NCBI GenBank assembly: GCA_030606845.1
Contig: JAUWFP010000001.1
Coordinates: 1-63,073 of the forward strand
DNA: 63,073 nt
Direction of reading: 5' to 3'
Source of the DNA: Anaerolineales bacterium
GTDB taxonomy: Bacteria > Chloroflexota > Anaerolineae > Anaerolineales > E44-bin32
Part shown: one piece after another, positions 26,787 to 36,796 of the stretch
Numbering within the stretch: position 1 is the stretch's first letter
How the letters are laid out: every line of letters starts with the position of its first letter
Notes under the pieces: generated by a model
What the model was told of the DNA's origin: nothing
Databases searched by the model: none
Seen by the model: the letters and a program-made list of their open reading frames with translations, nothing else
Position numbers and translations under genes: made by a program

Positions 26787-28499
26787 ATGAAGTTGATCAC
26801 AGGAGCTCCCGGGGCCGGCAAGACCAACCGGTTGGTGGCTGAGATTCGGAAACGTCTGGCAGAGGGTGTGTCCCCTTACATGATCCTGGCCACGACCTTC
26901 AGCCGGCAAGCGGCCCGGGAAATCGCAGATCGCGTCGGTAGCGATGTACCCGTCCGGACCATCCACGGCATGGCCTACTGGCTAATCCGGCTGGCCCGAC
27001 AGGCGCGAGGGCAGAAGGTGCCGCAGGTCATCTCGGAGGACAGGGCGCTTTCCCTGATGGAGCGCGCCGCAAAGGAGCTTGACGTCAGGTTCATCGAGCC
27101 GCGGCTGGCCATGCAGGACATGGAGCGGATCCGTGCGCGGGGTGGAAGTTATAATGCTTTGCATCCTCAGGTGCAGCAGATCATCCAGCGATATTTCCGC
27201 ATCCTGCGTGCCGAGAACTTGGTCGACTTCACAGGGCTGGTGGAGGAGTGCTCGAGGGAACTGGGCGATGCCGAGCTGCGCGAGTTCCTAAAGGGCGTCT
27301 ACGTCTTCGTCGACGAGGGTCAGGATATCAACCCGGTCACCGAGTGGCCCATCCTGGACGTGTTGTTGGGAGGGTCGAAGGAGTTCGTGGTGTTGGCTTC
27401 CCCCTCCCAATCCATCTATGGTTTCCGAGGGGCGGATTGGGAGAAGCTGGTGGCGCGCTTTCCTCAGGATCTCCAGACTGAGGTGATGCAGGAGAACCAT
27501 CGCTCGACACCTGAGATCGTGAGCGCCGCGCGCCCGTTGGCAGGTCCAGACGCCAGCGGTATGCGCTCCGTCCGGCGATCGCTCGGCATACCGGTGGTCG
27601 CCGTGGACGCCATCAACCCTGAGTTGGAAGTGGACTACGTCGGGCGCCAGATCGCCCAGTGGATCGAGCTCTTCCGCGGGGAGGGCACCAAGGTGACGGA
27701 GATCGCCTTGCTGACCAGGATCCACGCCCAGCAAAACTCGCTGCAGATCGCGCTTCGCATGCGGGGAATTCCCTATCAGATCGTCGGGTCCGAAAAGGAC
27801 GTCTTCCTGCGTGAGGAGACGCAGGCTATCGTGGGTTATCTGCGGCTGACTCTCGATCCCATGGATGACACTGTGCTTGAGTCGATCGTCAATTACCCAC
27901 CGTGTGGGATCGGGACCAGGACTAGATACCAGCTGCGCCGTGATGAGGTCATGACCTGGGATCACCTGATCGCGGTCCTGGGACAACCCGACAGGTATCG
28001 CGAGCAGGTAGTAAGGCGCGTGCACCTGATCCTCAACCTCCGAGAGATGTTCGATGACCTGCGCAGAAAGGACCTGCCGGTTGCGCATCTGGTGTCCAGG
28101 GTCATCCAGCTGAGCGAGATATCGAGCTACCTCAACAGCGAGGGCGACTTCGCGGCTGCACGAGCGCTCAACGATCTGGTGGCAACCAGCGTCGAGTTCG
28201 GTACCTTGGGCCAGTTCGTGGATTACCTGGAAGGGCAGGTGGACCGACCGCGACAGGCAATGGGGATTCAGCTTTCCACACTCCACGCCTCGAAGGGGAG
28301 GGAGTGGCGGGCGGTCATCATCCCTGGATTTTACGATGGCTTACTCCCCTTGGAGGGATCAGACCTCCGGGAGGAGCAGAATCTAGCCTTCGTGGGCATG
28401 ACCCGGGCTAAGGACCATCTCGTTCTGACCATGTCTCGGTCTATGACCACGAGCCCGTTGCTGGCTGGCGTTCCGTTGACCCAGGTGCGATGGCCCTAG
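26787..28499 (+). CDS. UvrD/Rep-family superfamily-1 helicase (short form, 570 aa)
   Basis: Walker A GAPGAGKTN, FVDEGQD (motif II), SIYGFRGA (motif III), STLHASKGREWRAVII and FVGMTRAKDHLVL (motifs V/VI). Confidence 0.9.
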   Translation: MKLITGAPGAGKTNRLVAEIRKRLAEGVSPYMILATTFSRQAAREIADRVGSDVPVRTIHGMAYWLIRLARQARGQKVPQVISEDRALSLMERAAKELDVRFIEPRLAMQDMERIRARGGSYNALHPQVQQIIQRYFRILRAENLVDFTGLVEECSRELGDAELREFLKGVYVFVDEGQDINPVTEWPILDVLLGGSKEFVVLASPSQSIYGFRGADWEKLVARFPQDLQTEVMQENHRSTPEIVSAARPLAGPDASGMRSVRRSLGIPVVAVDAINPELEVDYVGRQIAQWIELFRGEGTKVTEIALLTRIHAQQNSLQIALRMRGIPYQIVGSEKDVFLREETQAIVGYLRLTLDPMDDTVLESIVNYPPCGIGTRTRYQLRRDEVMTWDHLIAVLGQPDRYREQVVRRVHLILNLREMFDDLRRKDLPVAHLVSRVIQLSEISSYLNSEGDFAAARALNDLVATSVEFGTLGQFVDYLEGQVDRPRQAMGIQLSTLHASKGREWRAVIIPGFYDGLLPLEGSDLREEQNLAFVGMTRAKDHLVLTMSRSMTTSPLLAGVPLTQVRWP

Positions 28500-28630
28500 A
28501 TCTTCATTGGATTTGATTCCGAATCTAGTAGTGACCAATGGTCTTGGCTTTGAGGCTCACGATCGTGTCACGTTCAATCTCTTGACTCAAACCAGCAACA
28601 TAGAAGACTATATGGAAGGCGGACTGTGAT

Positions 28631-29713
28631 ATGGATGATAGAAAACCTGATCTCGTTGAGGTCATGAAACAAGCCGGAGTCGAAGTACCAACGCGTGGAA
28701 ATCGGGCAAATGTCATGGTCCGGTGCCCGTTCCACCACGATACAGGCAGGCCCAACATGAGCATCAGCCTCCACGCTGGCCTGTTCCACTGCTTTCGCTG
28801 TGACCGCGGGGGCGACGTCTACGACTTCGAGGGACTGCTCATCTACGGCGACGCGTGGAACAACCGGGACCCCGAGATGTTCAAGGAGGTACTCCGTCGA
28901 TTGGAGGTCTTGGACGTTCCCCTTGTCGATGTAAAGCCGCCGCCTCCGCCCAAGGAACTGACCAGGGGGATCGCCCAGGTGCTCGCGCTGGCCAGCCGCG
29001 TCTACCATCTGGCGCTGATGAGCGAGGCAGGTGGGGAGGCCAGGAAGTATCTCCGTTTGCGCCGAATCGACATTGATGCGATGCGCAGATTCCGCATCGG
29101 ATACGCCTCCCAAGGGGCGATTGTCGGGGCGTTGGCAGGCTACCCGCCGGAGCTGAGACAGGGGGCAGAGCTGGCAGGCCTCTTTGTGAGGAACGAGCGG
29201 GACGAGCCCCGCGAGTGGCTTATCGGGCGGATCGTCTTTCCCGACGTTTCGAGAAACGGAACAGTCCGCCACATGATCGGCAGATCCCTGGAAAGGAGTG
29301 CCTCTCTCAAATACCTCAGCCTCGGCGGCCTGCCCAAGACCATCTGGGGCCTTGGTGACGTCAGTAGAAACAAGCCGGTCATCCTGACTGAAAGCATAAT
29401 CGACGCCGTGAACCTGCGGCAGATGGGCTTGCAGGGCGCAGCGGTCAACGGCACGGGCATCGCCGGTTACCTGCTGCCCGGGCTTGGCAAGGTGCCCGTG
29501 CTCGTGCTTCTACCGCAGAATGACTCCGCAGGGAGGGAGGCCGTCGCCCGATGGAAGGAGAAGCTGCCGAAAGCAAGGATCCTTGAGCATGCCTTTTCGG
29601 AAGGCGAAAAGGATCTGAACGATCAGGTGGCTGCGTGTGGCATGGAAAGGACCGCCGACCTCATCCGCCAATCCATAGTGAAGGTGGGTGTAGAGATCGA
29701 GGTGGGCAATTGA
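28631..29713 (+). CDS. DNA primase, CHC2 zinc finger with Toprim domain (360 aa)
   Basis: CPFHHDTGRPNMSISLHAGLFHCFRCDRGGDVYDF (CHC2). Toprim is indicated by ILTESIIDAV and LPQNDSAGRE. Confidence 0.85.
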   Translation: MDDRKPDLVEVMKQAGVEVPTRGNRANVMVRCPFHHDTGRPNMSISLHAGLFHCFRCDRGGDVYDFEGLLIYGDAWNNRDPEMFKEVLRRLEVLDVPLVDVKPPPPPKELTRGIAQVLALASRVYHLALMSEAGGEARKYLRLRRIDIDAMRRFRIGYASQGAIVGALAGYPPELRQGAELAGLFVRNERDEPREWLIGRIVFPDVSRNGTVRHMIGRSLERSASLKYLSLGGLPKTIWGLGDVSRNKPVILTESIIDAVNLRQMGLQGAAVNGTGIAGYLLPGLGKVPVLVLLPQNDSAGREAVARWKEKLPKARILEHAFSEGEKDLNDQVAACGMERTADLIRQSIVKVGVEIEVGN

Positions 29714-29884
29714 TCTAACGCTGTACGAACAGATCTGAAGATTCCGGAGGTGGTTGCGTTGCTGTGATGGGCGCAGCCGCTTAGTTTTTCAAGACAGGAG
29801 ATGAGAAGCAATGGATGTCTACAGTCCGGATGTTCGCTCGCCCTATATCATCGACATCTTCGAGGTGAATGGTAGGAGGCAGCG

Positions 29885-30145
29885 ATGTGTGCGCGCCCTC
29901 GCCCGGTAATACGGTTATCCTTCAATAAGAACTCGCCGCTCACCGATGGTCGCCTTCCCATACACCGGCAGCAGAAGGATGGCGAGATCCTGGTGGAGCT
30001 CGATCCAGTCTCGATGTCGGCGCTCCTCACCAGCGTGGGCAGGCCATGCACCGTCGAACAGGCTGCCGAAGAGATACCTGGGATGGCTCGTTCCAGTGAA
30101 CAGGCTCCGAAGAGCGATACGGGACCTGCCGGGGAGGGTGCATGA
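29885..30145 (+). CDS. Hypothetical protein (86 aa)
   Basis: AGGAGG lies 5 nt upstream. Its stop overlaps the next start (ATGA). Confidence 0.4.
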   Translation: MCARPRPVIRLSFNKNSPLTDGRLPIHRQQKDGEILVELDPVSMSALLTSVGRPCTVEQAAEEIPGMARSSEQAPKSDTGPAGEGA

Positions 30146-30378
30146 GGACGGTCAAGCTAGTAGCCTCCGGCTACACCTGGAGCTGCGCAGAGTGCGGCAG
30201 TGAGAACTACACCGGCGAGGCCCCCAGGCAGGTCGTGTGTGATCGTTGTCAGGCTCAGTTCGCCGTTGCAGATCTGGCTCATCGGATGGCTGACTTACAG
30301 GAGAAGCAGATGAATCTGTTCGATCTGGAGGGGGAGGAGTCGAGGAGGGTGGCTCTGTCAGATGAATCGACCTTCTGA
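30142..30378 (+). CDS. Small zinc-ribbon protein (78 aa)
   Basis: CAEC...(20 aa)...CDRC four-cysteine ribbon; coupled to the upstream ORF. Confidence 0.5.
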   Translation: MRTVKLVASGYTWSCAECGSENYTGEAPRQVVCDRCQAQFAVADLAHRMADLQEKQMNLFDLEGEESRRVALSDESTF

Positions 30379-30858
30379 CCCCAAATTGCGCCGAAGATCG
30401 CCAATCCATCCGTTCGTTGTTGTCCCTCTCGGCGGGTACAGCTGTGGTTCGAGACGAGGTTGAATACGGGAATGTGTGGTGGTCGATTGCGTGACTGGGT
30501 CCGGCACGTGTTTAAAGGATGGTTGTGGAGAAGACTCCCTGTCAAGGCGAGGTATAGCCAATGCCAGGGAGGGCACATCAGTGCAGTCCGAGCCCTATGA
30601 ATCTCACCAGCAAGGTCATGTCCCCATTCCGGCATCTCTAAAAAAAAGTAAGTGTGATAACAGGCTCATAGCAACGCACTTCGAGCCTTAGAAGTGGAGC
30701 GTCCTATGGTCTGGTGATGTAGGAAGCTCGATATTCGACAAAAGGAACCGCGCTAACCGGCGACAGATAGGCCATCGCCTGTCTGCCGTCTTTCGATTTC
30801 TTGGGAAATCGTGTCCAGTATCGGTCCACAACCGCAACAACTTAAGGAGCATAGGACA

Positions 30859-31302
30859 ATGAATAAGAAACATGTGATCGAGATGCTGGAGAAGCATCTG
30901 AAGTCCAATGACTGGATGATCCTGGCGGTGGGCAATTCGAGCTACCCTGCGGACCACGACCATTTCCAGATCGGTCAGACCCTCCATAACAATCAGGATG
31001 CAGTGGTTGAACTAGTTGGATATGGCTATTTCCCGGAAGGTACCATCTTCGCCGTCAGGCCTCGACCACGGCGGAAAGGTGATGTTAATGCGACCCTTCT
31101 CTTTACAGAAGTGATTGGTTGCGACATCGTGCACAATGAGCTCAGCGAGATCTTTGATCGGGTGAACTGGAGTCGTGTTTGTAATCTCATCTCGGTGCGC
31201 ACACGCCGGCAGAAAAGGATGGCTGAAAACCGGGCGTTCGAGCTGGAGATGCAGAAGGAGCTGCGCCTAGAGATCCAAATCTTCGCATCCGATCCGAGTT
31301 GA
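30859..31302 (+). CDS. Hypothetical protein (147 aa from the internal ATG)
   Basis: AAGGAG lies 9 nt upstream of the ATG at 30859. The track ORF starts at 30811. Confidence 0.5.
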   Translation: MNKKHVIEMLEKHLKSNDWMILAVGNSSYPADHDHFQIGQTLHNNQDAVVELVGYGYFPEGTIFAVRPRPRRKGDVNATLLFTEVIGCDIVHNELSEIFDRVNWSRVCNLISVRTRRQKRMAENRAFELEMQKELRLEIQIFASDPS

Positions 31303-31495
31303 TAGATCAACTTCCATCTCCCGATGCGACAGGATTCCGAAGCATGATCCTTGCCCTGTCTAGGAAGCTCCTCGCGAAAGGGGTGAAGAGAGGCAAAATC
31401 ATAAGCAGCAAGGGAGGAATGACATATAACGAACGAATAACGTTGATCGAAATCAGGAGAACCTAGAATAAGTGAACGGTTAGATTCGAGACCAG

Positions 31496-32638
31496 ATGCC
31501 GCGCACACGTAGTCATGGATGGAGGCGATGGATGCGGAATTGGCTGACAGCTCTCCTGGTGAGCGTAGTGGCACTTGTGTCGCCCTTGTCTGAAGGAAAG
31601 ACACATGTTGCTGCTGTCCCTTCTCTCGACTACTCCGACATCCACTGGTTGATAAACACCCCATGCCAGGGCTGGCAGCTCGTCGAAACGGGAGTTAGCC
31701 AGGCGTACGTGTTTTGTAGCGGCGTCTTTGCCAGCGACCAGGCCACTATCAACATCCCCACACCCTACATCAACTACCGCGTGCCGCATCTGGCCTTCGT
31801 CGACATCCCGCTCGTGGTCCAGGTCGGTTGGACTCCCGGAACTTTCGGTTGGGTGGACAGCGATCCCAGGACCATCGAGTGGTCCGCCAACAGGATCGAA
31901 GGCTACCGCATCGAGCTGGGGCTGTCACCCGATTCAACCACGCCGACAATCACCTGGAGCCTGGCTAGTGATGGGAACCTCGCTGCCTTCTCCCTCGACG
32001 CAAGGATTAGGCTATACAGCGAAAACCAGTACTCTGAGGCGTGCGCCTCCTCCTCGCTTGGCAAGCTACCACAGAGCCTCGGTGGTCTGAAGCTCTGCCC
32101 CGCTTCTGCGGTGGAGGGACTCCTGCCGGGCGGGCTCCTCACCGGACCCTCAGGAGAACAGTTGAATCGATACACGTGGGATGGCCCCGGCGTATTTCGG
32201 GGAGGCTGGTTCGGCGGACTATCTCAGTGGGCCTCGGTGACCGGCTCCGGCAGTGTGGACGGGCAGCCGGCCTATCGGACGCAGTTCATGACCGGGTGGG
32301 CGCTCTATGCCCGGGTGCAATGGGACTACCACTGGAAGCAGTTCGATGAGACGGTTCAGTACTGCGGGTGGGAGTACTATGGCAAACCTGGATGGTACTG
32401 GGATTGGTTACAGTGGCCTCCCATCTGCATCGATGTGTTCGAGACCTACTGGGAGAAGTTCTGTCCCCCGAACAATCCTGAGGCAGGATGCCCCCTCATC
32501 ACCTATGGGATCACCTCCGACTGGTGGCGGTACATGGGAAGCCTGGAGGCGCGCACGATTTACGTGCCCGATCGAGGCTATCAGCCTCACCTAGATCTGG
32601 TGGTCTTGCAGTCTCAGTCACTTCTGACGGGCCCATAG
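31496..32638 (+). CDS. Secreted hypothetical protein, Trp/Gly-rich (380 aa)
   Basis: N-terminal basic segment with a hydrophobic signal (WLTALLVSVVALVSPLSEG). No domain recognised. Confidence 0.55.
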   Translation: MPRTRSHGWRRWMRNWLTALLVSVVALVSPLSEGKTHVAAVPSLDYSDIHWLINTPCQGWQLVETGVSQAYVFCSGVFASDQATINIPTPYINYRVPHLAFVDIPLVVQVGWTPGTFGWVDSDPRTIEWSANRIEGYRIELGLSPDSTTPTITWSLASDGNLAAFSLDARIRLYSENQYSEACASSSLGKLPQSLGGLKLCPASAVEGLLPGGLLTGPSGEQLNRYTWDGPGVFRGGWFGGLSQWASVTGSGSVDGQPAYRTQFMTGWALYARVQWDYHWKQFDETVQYCGWEYYGKPGWYWDWLQWPPICIDVFETYWEKFCPPNNPEAGCPLITYGITSDWWRYMGSLEARTIYVPDRGYQPHLDLVVLQSQSLLTGP

Positions 32639-32855
32639 TTGTTGGTCGGTTTCGGCTCAGGTGAAGAGGCAACCAGGTCCCTGGATATCCGGGGGCTGGT
32701 TCCGTTAACCGAAGGCCTTGACCCAGAGGGCGAGAGCGTGGAATAACCCAATGACCATAACAGATGGCTAACGGTTGGTTCACATCGACCTAACACATGG
32801 CTGAGAAGTCAGGTGCTAGTGTGGGATAGAGAACAGGGACCGGAGGAAAGTCAAC

Positions 32856-33008
32856 ATGAATATCAGCGACATTCTCATCGGTGGAGGGATCGTCCTGCTG
32901 TTCACGAGTTTCGTGCTGTATACCGTACGGACCATTGCATATGTGCTGAGCGATCGACCGATCATCGAAGAGCGTCTGCGTAGATATGCCGGTGTAAGAG
33001 ACGCTTAG
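32856..33008 (+). CDS. Small single-pass membrane protein (50 aa), not in the ORF track
   Basis: My translation is MNISDILIGGGIVLLFTSFVLYTVRTIAYVLSDRPIIEERLRRYAGVRDA. GGAGG lies 9 nt upstream. Confidence 0.35.
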   Translation: MNISDILIGGGIVLLFTSFVLYTVRTIAYVLSDRPIIEERLRRYAGVRDA

Positions 33009-33134
33009 TTAAAGGCAGCGATGGTGCTTTTTGAAGAGGGATGAGTTCGCTGAGCGTCGCTTAGGAAACCGCTTCTACAGTAAGTCATGTACGAGAGATC
33101 GATTACTGCATCCTGTAGAAAAGGAGGTGGGCGC

Positions 33135-33380
33135 ATGGAGCCAACTATCCGTGTAGGAGACAGAGTCCGGATCCGGGAGGGCGCTCGGGATGATTTCCTC
33201 TCAAGTGGCGAAGAAGGACCGCATATCGAGGCGGTCCGTCAGAACCGGATCGGCGTGGTTTGCGCCCAGGTGGGTGAGAGAGGCCGTCACTTGGTCATCG
33301 CGTACGAAGTGGACTTTGGTGACGTGGTGATGACGATCCCGGAGGAGGATCTGGAGAAAGTGCAGGAGGCAGTGGAGTAG
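33135..33380 (+). CDS. Hypothetical protein (81 aa from the ATG at 33135)
   Basis: A strong AAGGAGGTGG RBS at 33121-33130 favours this start over 33087. Confidence 0.55.
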   Translation: MEPTIRVGDRVRIREGARDDFLSSGEEGPHIEAVRQNRIGVVCAQVGERGRHLVIAYEVDFGDVVMTIPEEDLEKVQEAVE

Positions 33381-33659
33381 GGATAGTACTGGTCATTCTC
33401 TAACCGACCATTGTGGCGGTCACATACAAAGCGGTAGCCGGGGCTACGACGGTTATCGATCCACGGCCGCTGTCCTATCCACTCCGTGGTTTCGACGCTT
33501 CCCATTGGCTGATGAGATAGTTGAGTAATTGAGTAGATATCGCTGACCTGACAATCAGCAATTGCATCGTAAAGGAAAGCCGTCGTCGGCGGAATTATCG
33601 TTTCGCTGGCGGCGGTTTTCTCATTTCCCCACATATAGTTTGAAATCAGAGAAACAGAT

Positions 33660-34415
33660 ATGACCTTACAACGTTCGTTCTTGGACGAAGTGTGCGGTTC
33701 ATCCGCTGAGACACAGCGAAGGGAGTTGACTCATGAGAGCAGGGGTTATCTTCTCCAGGCAATACCAATGCGAGAGAGGCCCGCGTATCGGGTGAGCTAC
33801 CAGGCGAGGGACTGTAGCGTGCTCGAGCTTATGGCCGCCCTCGTGGGAGGGAAGGATCAGCTGGAGGTAGCTAGTGCAGTCCTCAGACGCTTTGGATCGC
33901 TACGGGGTCTTTCCCGCGCAAACATCCACGAGCTGACCTCGATCTACGGCATCGGGCTTGCCAGGGCTGCTTGCATCAAGGCGGCGATTGAGATGGGACA
34001 GCGAAGTATGGCCACATGGGATGATGATGCTCCGGCCATACAATCTCCAGATGACGCCGCAAACCTTCTGATCCCTCTGATGCAGGATCTCGAGCAGGAG
34101 CATCTATTTGTCCTGAACCTGGACACGCGCAATCGCGTGATTGGTGAGCCCATCGAGATCTATCATGGGTCGCTCAATACATCGCTGGTGAGGGTAGCGG
34201 AGCTATTCCGCCCGGCGATCCAGGCTAACGCCGCCGCGATCCTGGCTGCTCATAATCACCCGTCGGGAGACCCAACTCCGAGCCCAGAGGATGTGGCTAT
34301 CACCAGGGCCATTGTCCAGGCGGGTAAGCTACTGGATATCATCTGCCTCGACCATGTGATAATTGGTCGGGGGCGGTTTGTTTCCCTCAAGAGCAAGGGG
34401 CTTGGCTTCAATTGA
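33660..34415 (+). CDS. radC: RadC-family JAB/MPN-domain protein (251 aa)
   Basis: RERPAYRV...LELMAALVGG N-terminal HhH region. The JAMM motif is AHNHPSGDPTPSPEDVAITRAI...LDHVIIG. Confidence 0.9.
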   Translation: MTLQRSFLDEVCGSSAETQRRELTHESRGYLLQAIPMRERPAYRVSYQARDCSVLELMAALVGGKDQLEVASAVLRRFGSLRGLSRANIHELTSIYGIGLARAACIKAAIEMGQRSMATWDDDAPAIQSPDDAANLLIPLMQDLEQEHLFVLNLDTRNRVIGEPIEIYHGSLNTSLVRVAELFRPAIQANAAAILAAHNHPSGDPTPSPEDVAITRAIVQAGKLLDIICLDHVIIGRGRFVSLKSKGLGFN

Positions 34416-34590
34416 GGGATCTGGTCTGCGCGGGTAAAGAAGACACTTCGATCGGGAGACACTTTCAAAACGGTAATCGCTATCGACTATAGCGAGTAGG
34501 CCTCTCTAAACTAACAGTTTGTGCGAGGTATGAAAGGGAGTCTGACTGTATGGCGGGCTCCCTTTCTCTCATTTTAAATAGGAGGTTGAA

Positions 34591-35613
34591 ATGACAGAGA
34601 AAATGGAGATCGAAAAGCCTGACAAAGGACCGTGGGTTTCCGATCTCCAATTGGGAATGGAGTTCATCGGCTTCTACGTAACCCGCAATCCGCGTCTCGA
34701 TCACTTTCGGGATCCCAGCCGGGGAAAATACCTGCGCATGCAGCTCGTAGACCGGACTGGTTTCATCGAAGCCCGGATGTGGGAAGGAGCCGAGGAGATC
34801 TTCGAGGGGATCAATGGAGGAGCTCCGGTCAAGGTGGCTGGAGTTGTGGAGAGCTTCCGCGAGGATCTGCAGGTTAATGTCTGGCGAATACGGGCTGCCA
34901 AGGATGGGGAGGTCGACATCGCTGATATGATGCGTGCCACGGAACGGGATATCGGAGAGATGTGGGATATTTTGCAAGAGGTGATCAACGATTTCCAGGA
35001 TCATCATCTGTCCACACTTGTACGCCACTTCTACACCGACTCGGATTGGGTCGCCAGCTTCATGGAGGCTCCCTCGGCTCGCCGTGTTCATCATTCTTAC
35101 TACAATGGCTTTCTCGAGCACACCTACGAGCTCCTGGTGCTTGCTCAGCCCCTGATGACGCTCTATCCGGAGATCGACAGAGATCTGCTGGTCGCCGGAA
35201 TCCTGCTGCACGATATCGGTAAGTTGGAGGAGCTCTCTTGGGGCTTCGACACGAACTACACCGACGAGGGACGCCTATTGGGTCACATCATATTGGGCGA
35301 GAGGATGATAAGCAGGGTTATCGAGACGATGGATGGGTTTCCAAAGGATCGCGCCCTTGAGATCTTGCACCTCGTGATTTCGCACCATGGCCGGTATGAG
35401 TGGGGTTCGCCCCGTCGACCCAAGTCCATCGAGGCCGTCGCTCTCCACTACCTGGATAACCTGGACGCTCAGGTCAACCGCTTCAAGCTGCTTACAGAGA
35501 ACGCCCGAGCTAACGGTGAATCCTGGACCTCCTACGACCGCATGCTGCGCCGCTCGCTCTATGCGGGGAATGGATTGGATCTTACGGTCGAGGAGAAAGG
35601 GCTCGCGGAGTAG
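34591..35613 (+). CDS. OB-fold with HD-domain nuclease, YhaM-like 3'-5' exoribonuclease family (340 aa)
   Basis: N-terminal OB-fold region, then HHSYYNGFLEHT, LLHDIGK, ISHHGRYEWGSP and HYLDNLDAQV (HD superfamily, YhaM pattern). Confidence 0.85.
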   Translation: MTEKMEIEKPDKGPWVSDLQLGMEFIGFYVTRNPRLDHFRDPSRGKYLRMQLVDRTGFIEARMWEGAEEIFEGINGGAPVKVAGVVESFREDLQVNVWRIRAAKDGEVDIADMMRATERDIGEMWDILQEVINDFQDHHLSTLVRHFYTDSDWVASFMEAPSARRVHHSYYNGFLEHTYELLVLAQPLMTLYPEIDRDLLVAGILLHDIGKLEELSWGFDTNYTDEGRLLGHIILGERMISRVIETMDGFPKDRALEILHLVISHHGRYEWGSPRRPKSIEAVALHYLDNLDAQVNRFKLLTENARANGESWTSYDRMLRRSLYAGNGLDLTVEEKGLAE

Positions 35614-36040
35614 AGGGACGATTTACCGACGACGGACCTTAGTCATCTTTGACTCTCTGGCTCCAACAAAAGCGTGCGTTGCTCGAGCATCGAGGGCTTA
35701 AACCCATATCACGCTGTACAATCGTGTGCTGGGGGATAGCTTATCGAAGGTAGCTGTCCCCCAGCCTTCTACCATGATTATCAACTGACCGTGACTCGAG
35801 GGGTGTGGGAATCTTTTTTCATTTAACGAGATGGGCCTGAGCACGATCAATGCCCGAATTCCCTCAAAGATGATTTGGTCACACGCCGCGACAACGCCTC
35901 GCAATTGGAGCGAGGCGTTGCCTTACCGAGAGATGTACCTCCACTGCTCGGCATTGGGGCAATATCATGGTTGATAAGTTAACCTATGACATTGAGAACA
36001 TCAGCCCTTCTCTTGGCTTATTCCGACTGCCCATTTCTCC

Positions 36041-36069
36041 TTGACGTGATGGGACATTAAATCTACAAT
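36041..36069 (+). promoter_or_regulatory. Near-consensus sigma70-like promoter candidate in an ORF-free region
   Basis: TTGACG, 17-nt spacer, TACAAT. Confidence 0.35.
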
Positions 36070-36114
36070 CGAGCATAAGGTGGGATTAAGCTCTCAGAGC
36101 ATGATCCTGTCTAG

Positions 36115-36156
36115 GCCCTGGGTGTGCCCCCCTCATATCCAGGGCTTATTTATATT
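36115..36156 (+). terminator. Weak terminator-like hairpin about 45 nt downstream of the promoter candidate
   Basis: GCCCTGG-(17 nt)-CCAGGGC followed by TTATTTATATT. Together with the promoter it would delimit an RNA of about 80 nt. Confidence 0.25.
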
Positions 36157-36531
36157 GAGCCACCGACTTCAGCCGTAATCGGAAGCTGGTTTGGATTTCA
36201 CTTTAATCTAGTGACCGATGTAAATTGAACATTCATTCACCCAGTGTTTTGATATTAGTGTGCTTCCTCACATCCGGGGCTTTCTTTGATCAACGGACCC
36301 GATCTTCAACTATTATCAAGAGCTGATTTGCAGGTTACAGAGAGATATATGTAATGATTATCGACAGCGAATCCAACTTGGCCGATAGACTACATTCCCC
36401 TTGATCCATAAGCACATCTAATGCACCATGACTATCAGTAGATTGCAATAGCGAGAAATAAATTGTAAATTAGTATTGCATTGTGTCTAAGGGGGATCAT
36501 TCTGGATTCAATTGGGTTTGTGAGGTGAAGC

Positions 36532-36735
36532 ATGGCGGAAGAGCATCACATGGTCATGACTGTTGAGGAGGTAGCTGAGTATTTACGTATCCCTCGATCA
36601 TCGGTCTATAAACTGGCTCAGGAGGGTAGAATACCATGTCAGAAGGCGGGAAGGCGTTGGAGATTTCATCGTCAGGCGATCGATCGGTGGCTAGGAAATG
36701 GAGAAGTACAAAACTTCCCTAGGCAGAATGAGTGA
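36532..36735 (+). CDS. Excisionase-family (HTH_17/MerR-like) DNA-binding protein (67 aa)
   Basis: MTVEEVAEYLRIPRSSVYKLAQEGRIPCQKAGRRWRFHRQAIDRWL matches the excisionase-type HTH consensus. GAGGTGAAGC lies before the ATG. Confidence 0.85.
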   Translation: MAEEHHMVMTVEEVAEYLRIPRSSVYKLAQEGRIPCQKAGRRWRFHRQAIDRWLGNGEVQNFPRQNE

Positions 36736-36796
36736 ATTAATAGATTTCTCTTTTGCTCAATTGATAGACATTGGAAATGATAAAGATTGGTCCATT

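Noticed and set aside
27288-28286. 332-aa ORF antisense to the UvrD-like helicase. Similar long antisense or overlapping ORFs occur at 17206-18228, 16262-16909, 21257-21898, 15514-16074, 14395-14865, 34480-35211, 47877-48758 and 38064-38606.
   Set aside because: They lie opposite genes with clear catalytic motifs. They are Arg/Pro/Gly/His-rich with no motifs. Such mirror ORFs are expected in GC-rich DNA, where stop codons are rare.
33287-33634. 115-aa minus-strand ORF in the gap before radC
   Set aside because: It overlaps the 3' end of the RBS-supported plus-strand ORF 33135-33380. It has no RBS or motif and runs opposite to the whole block.
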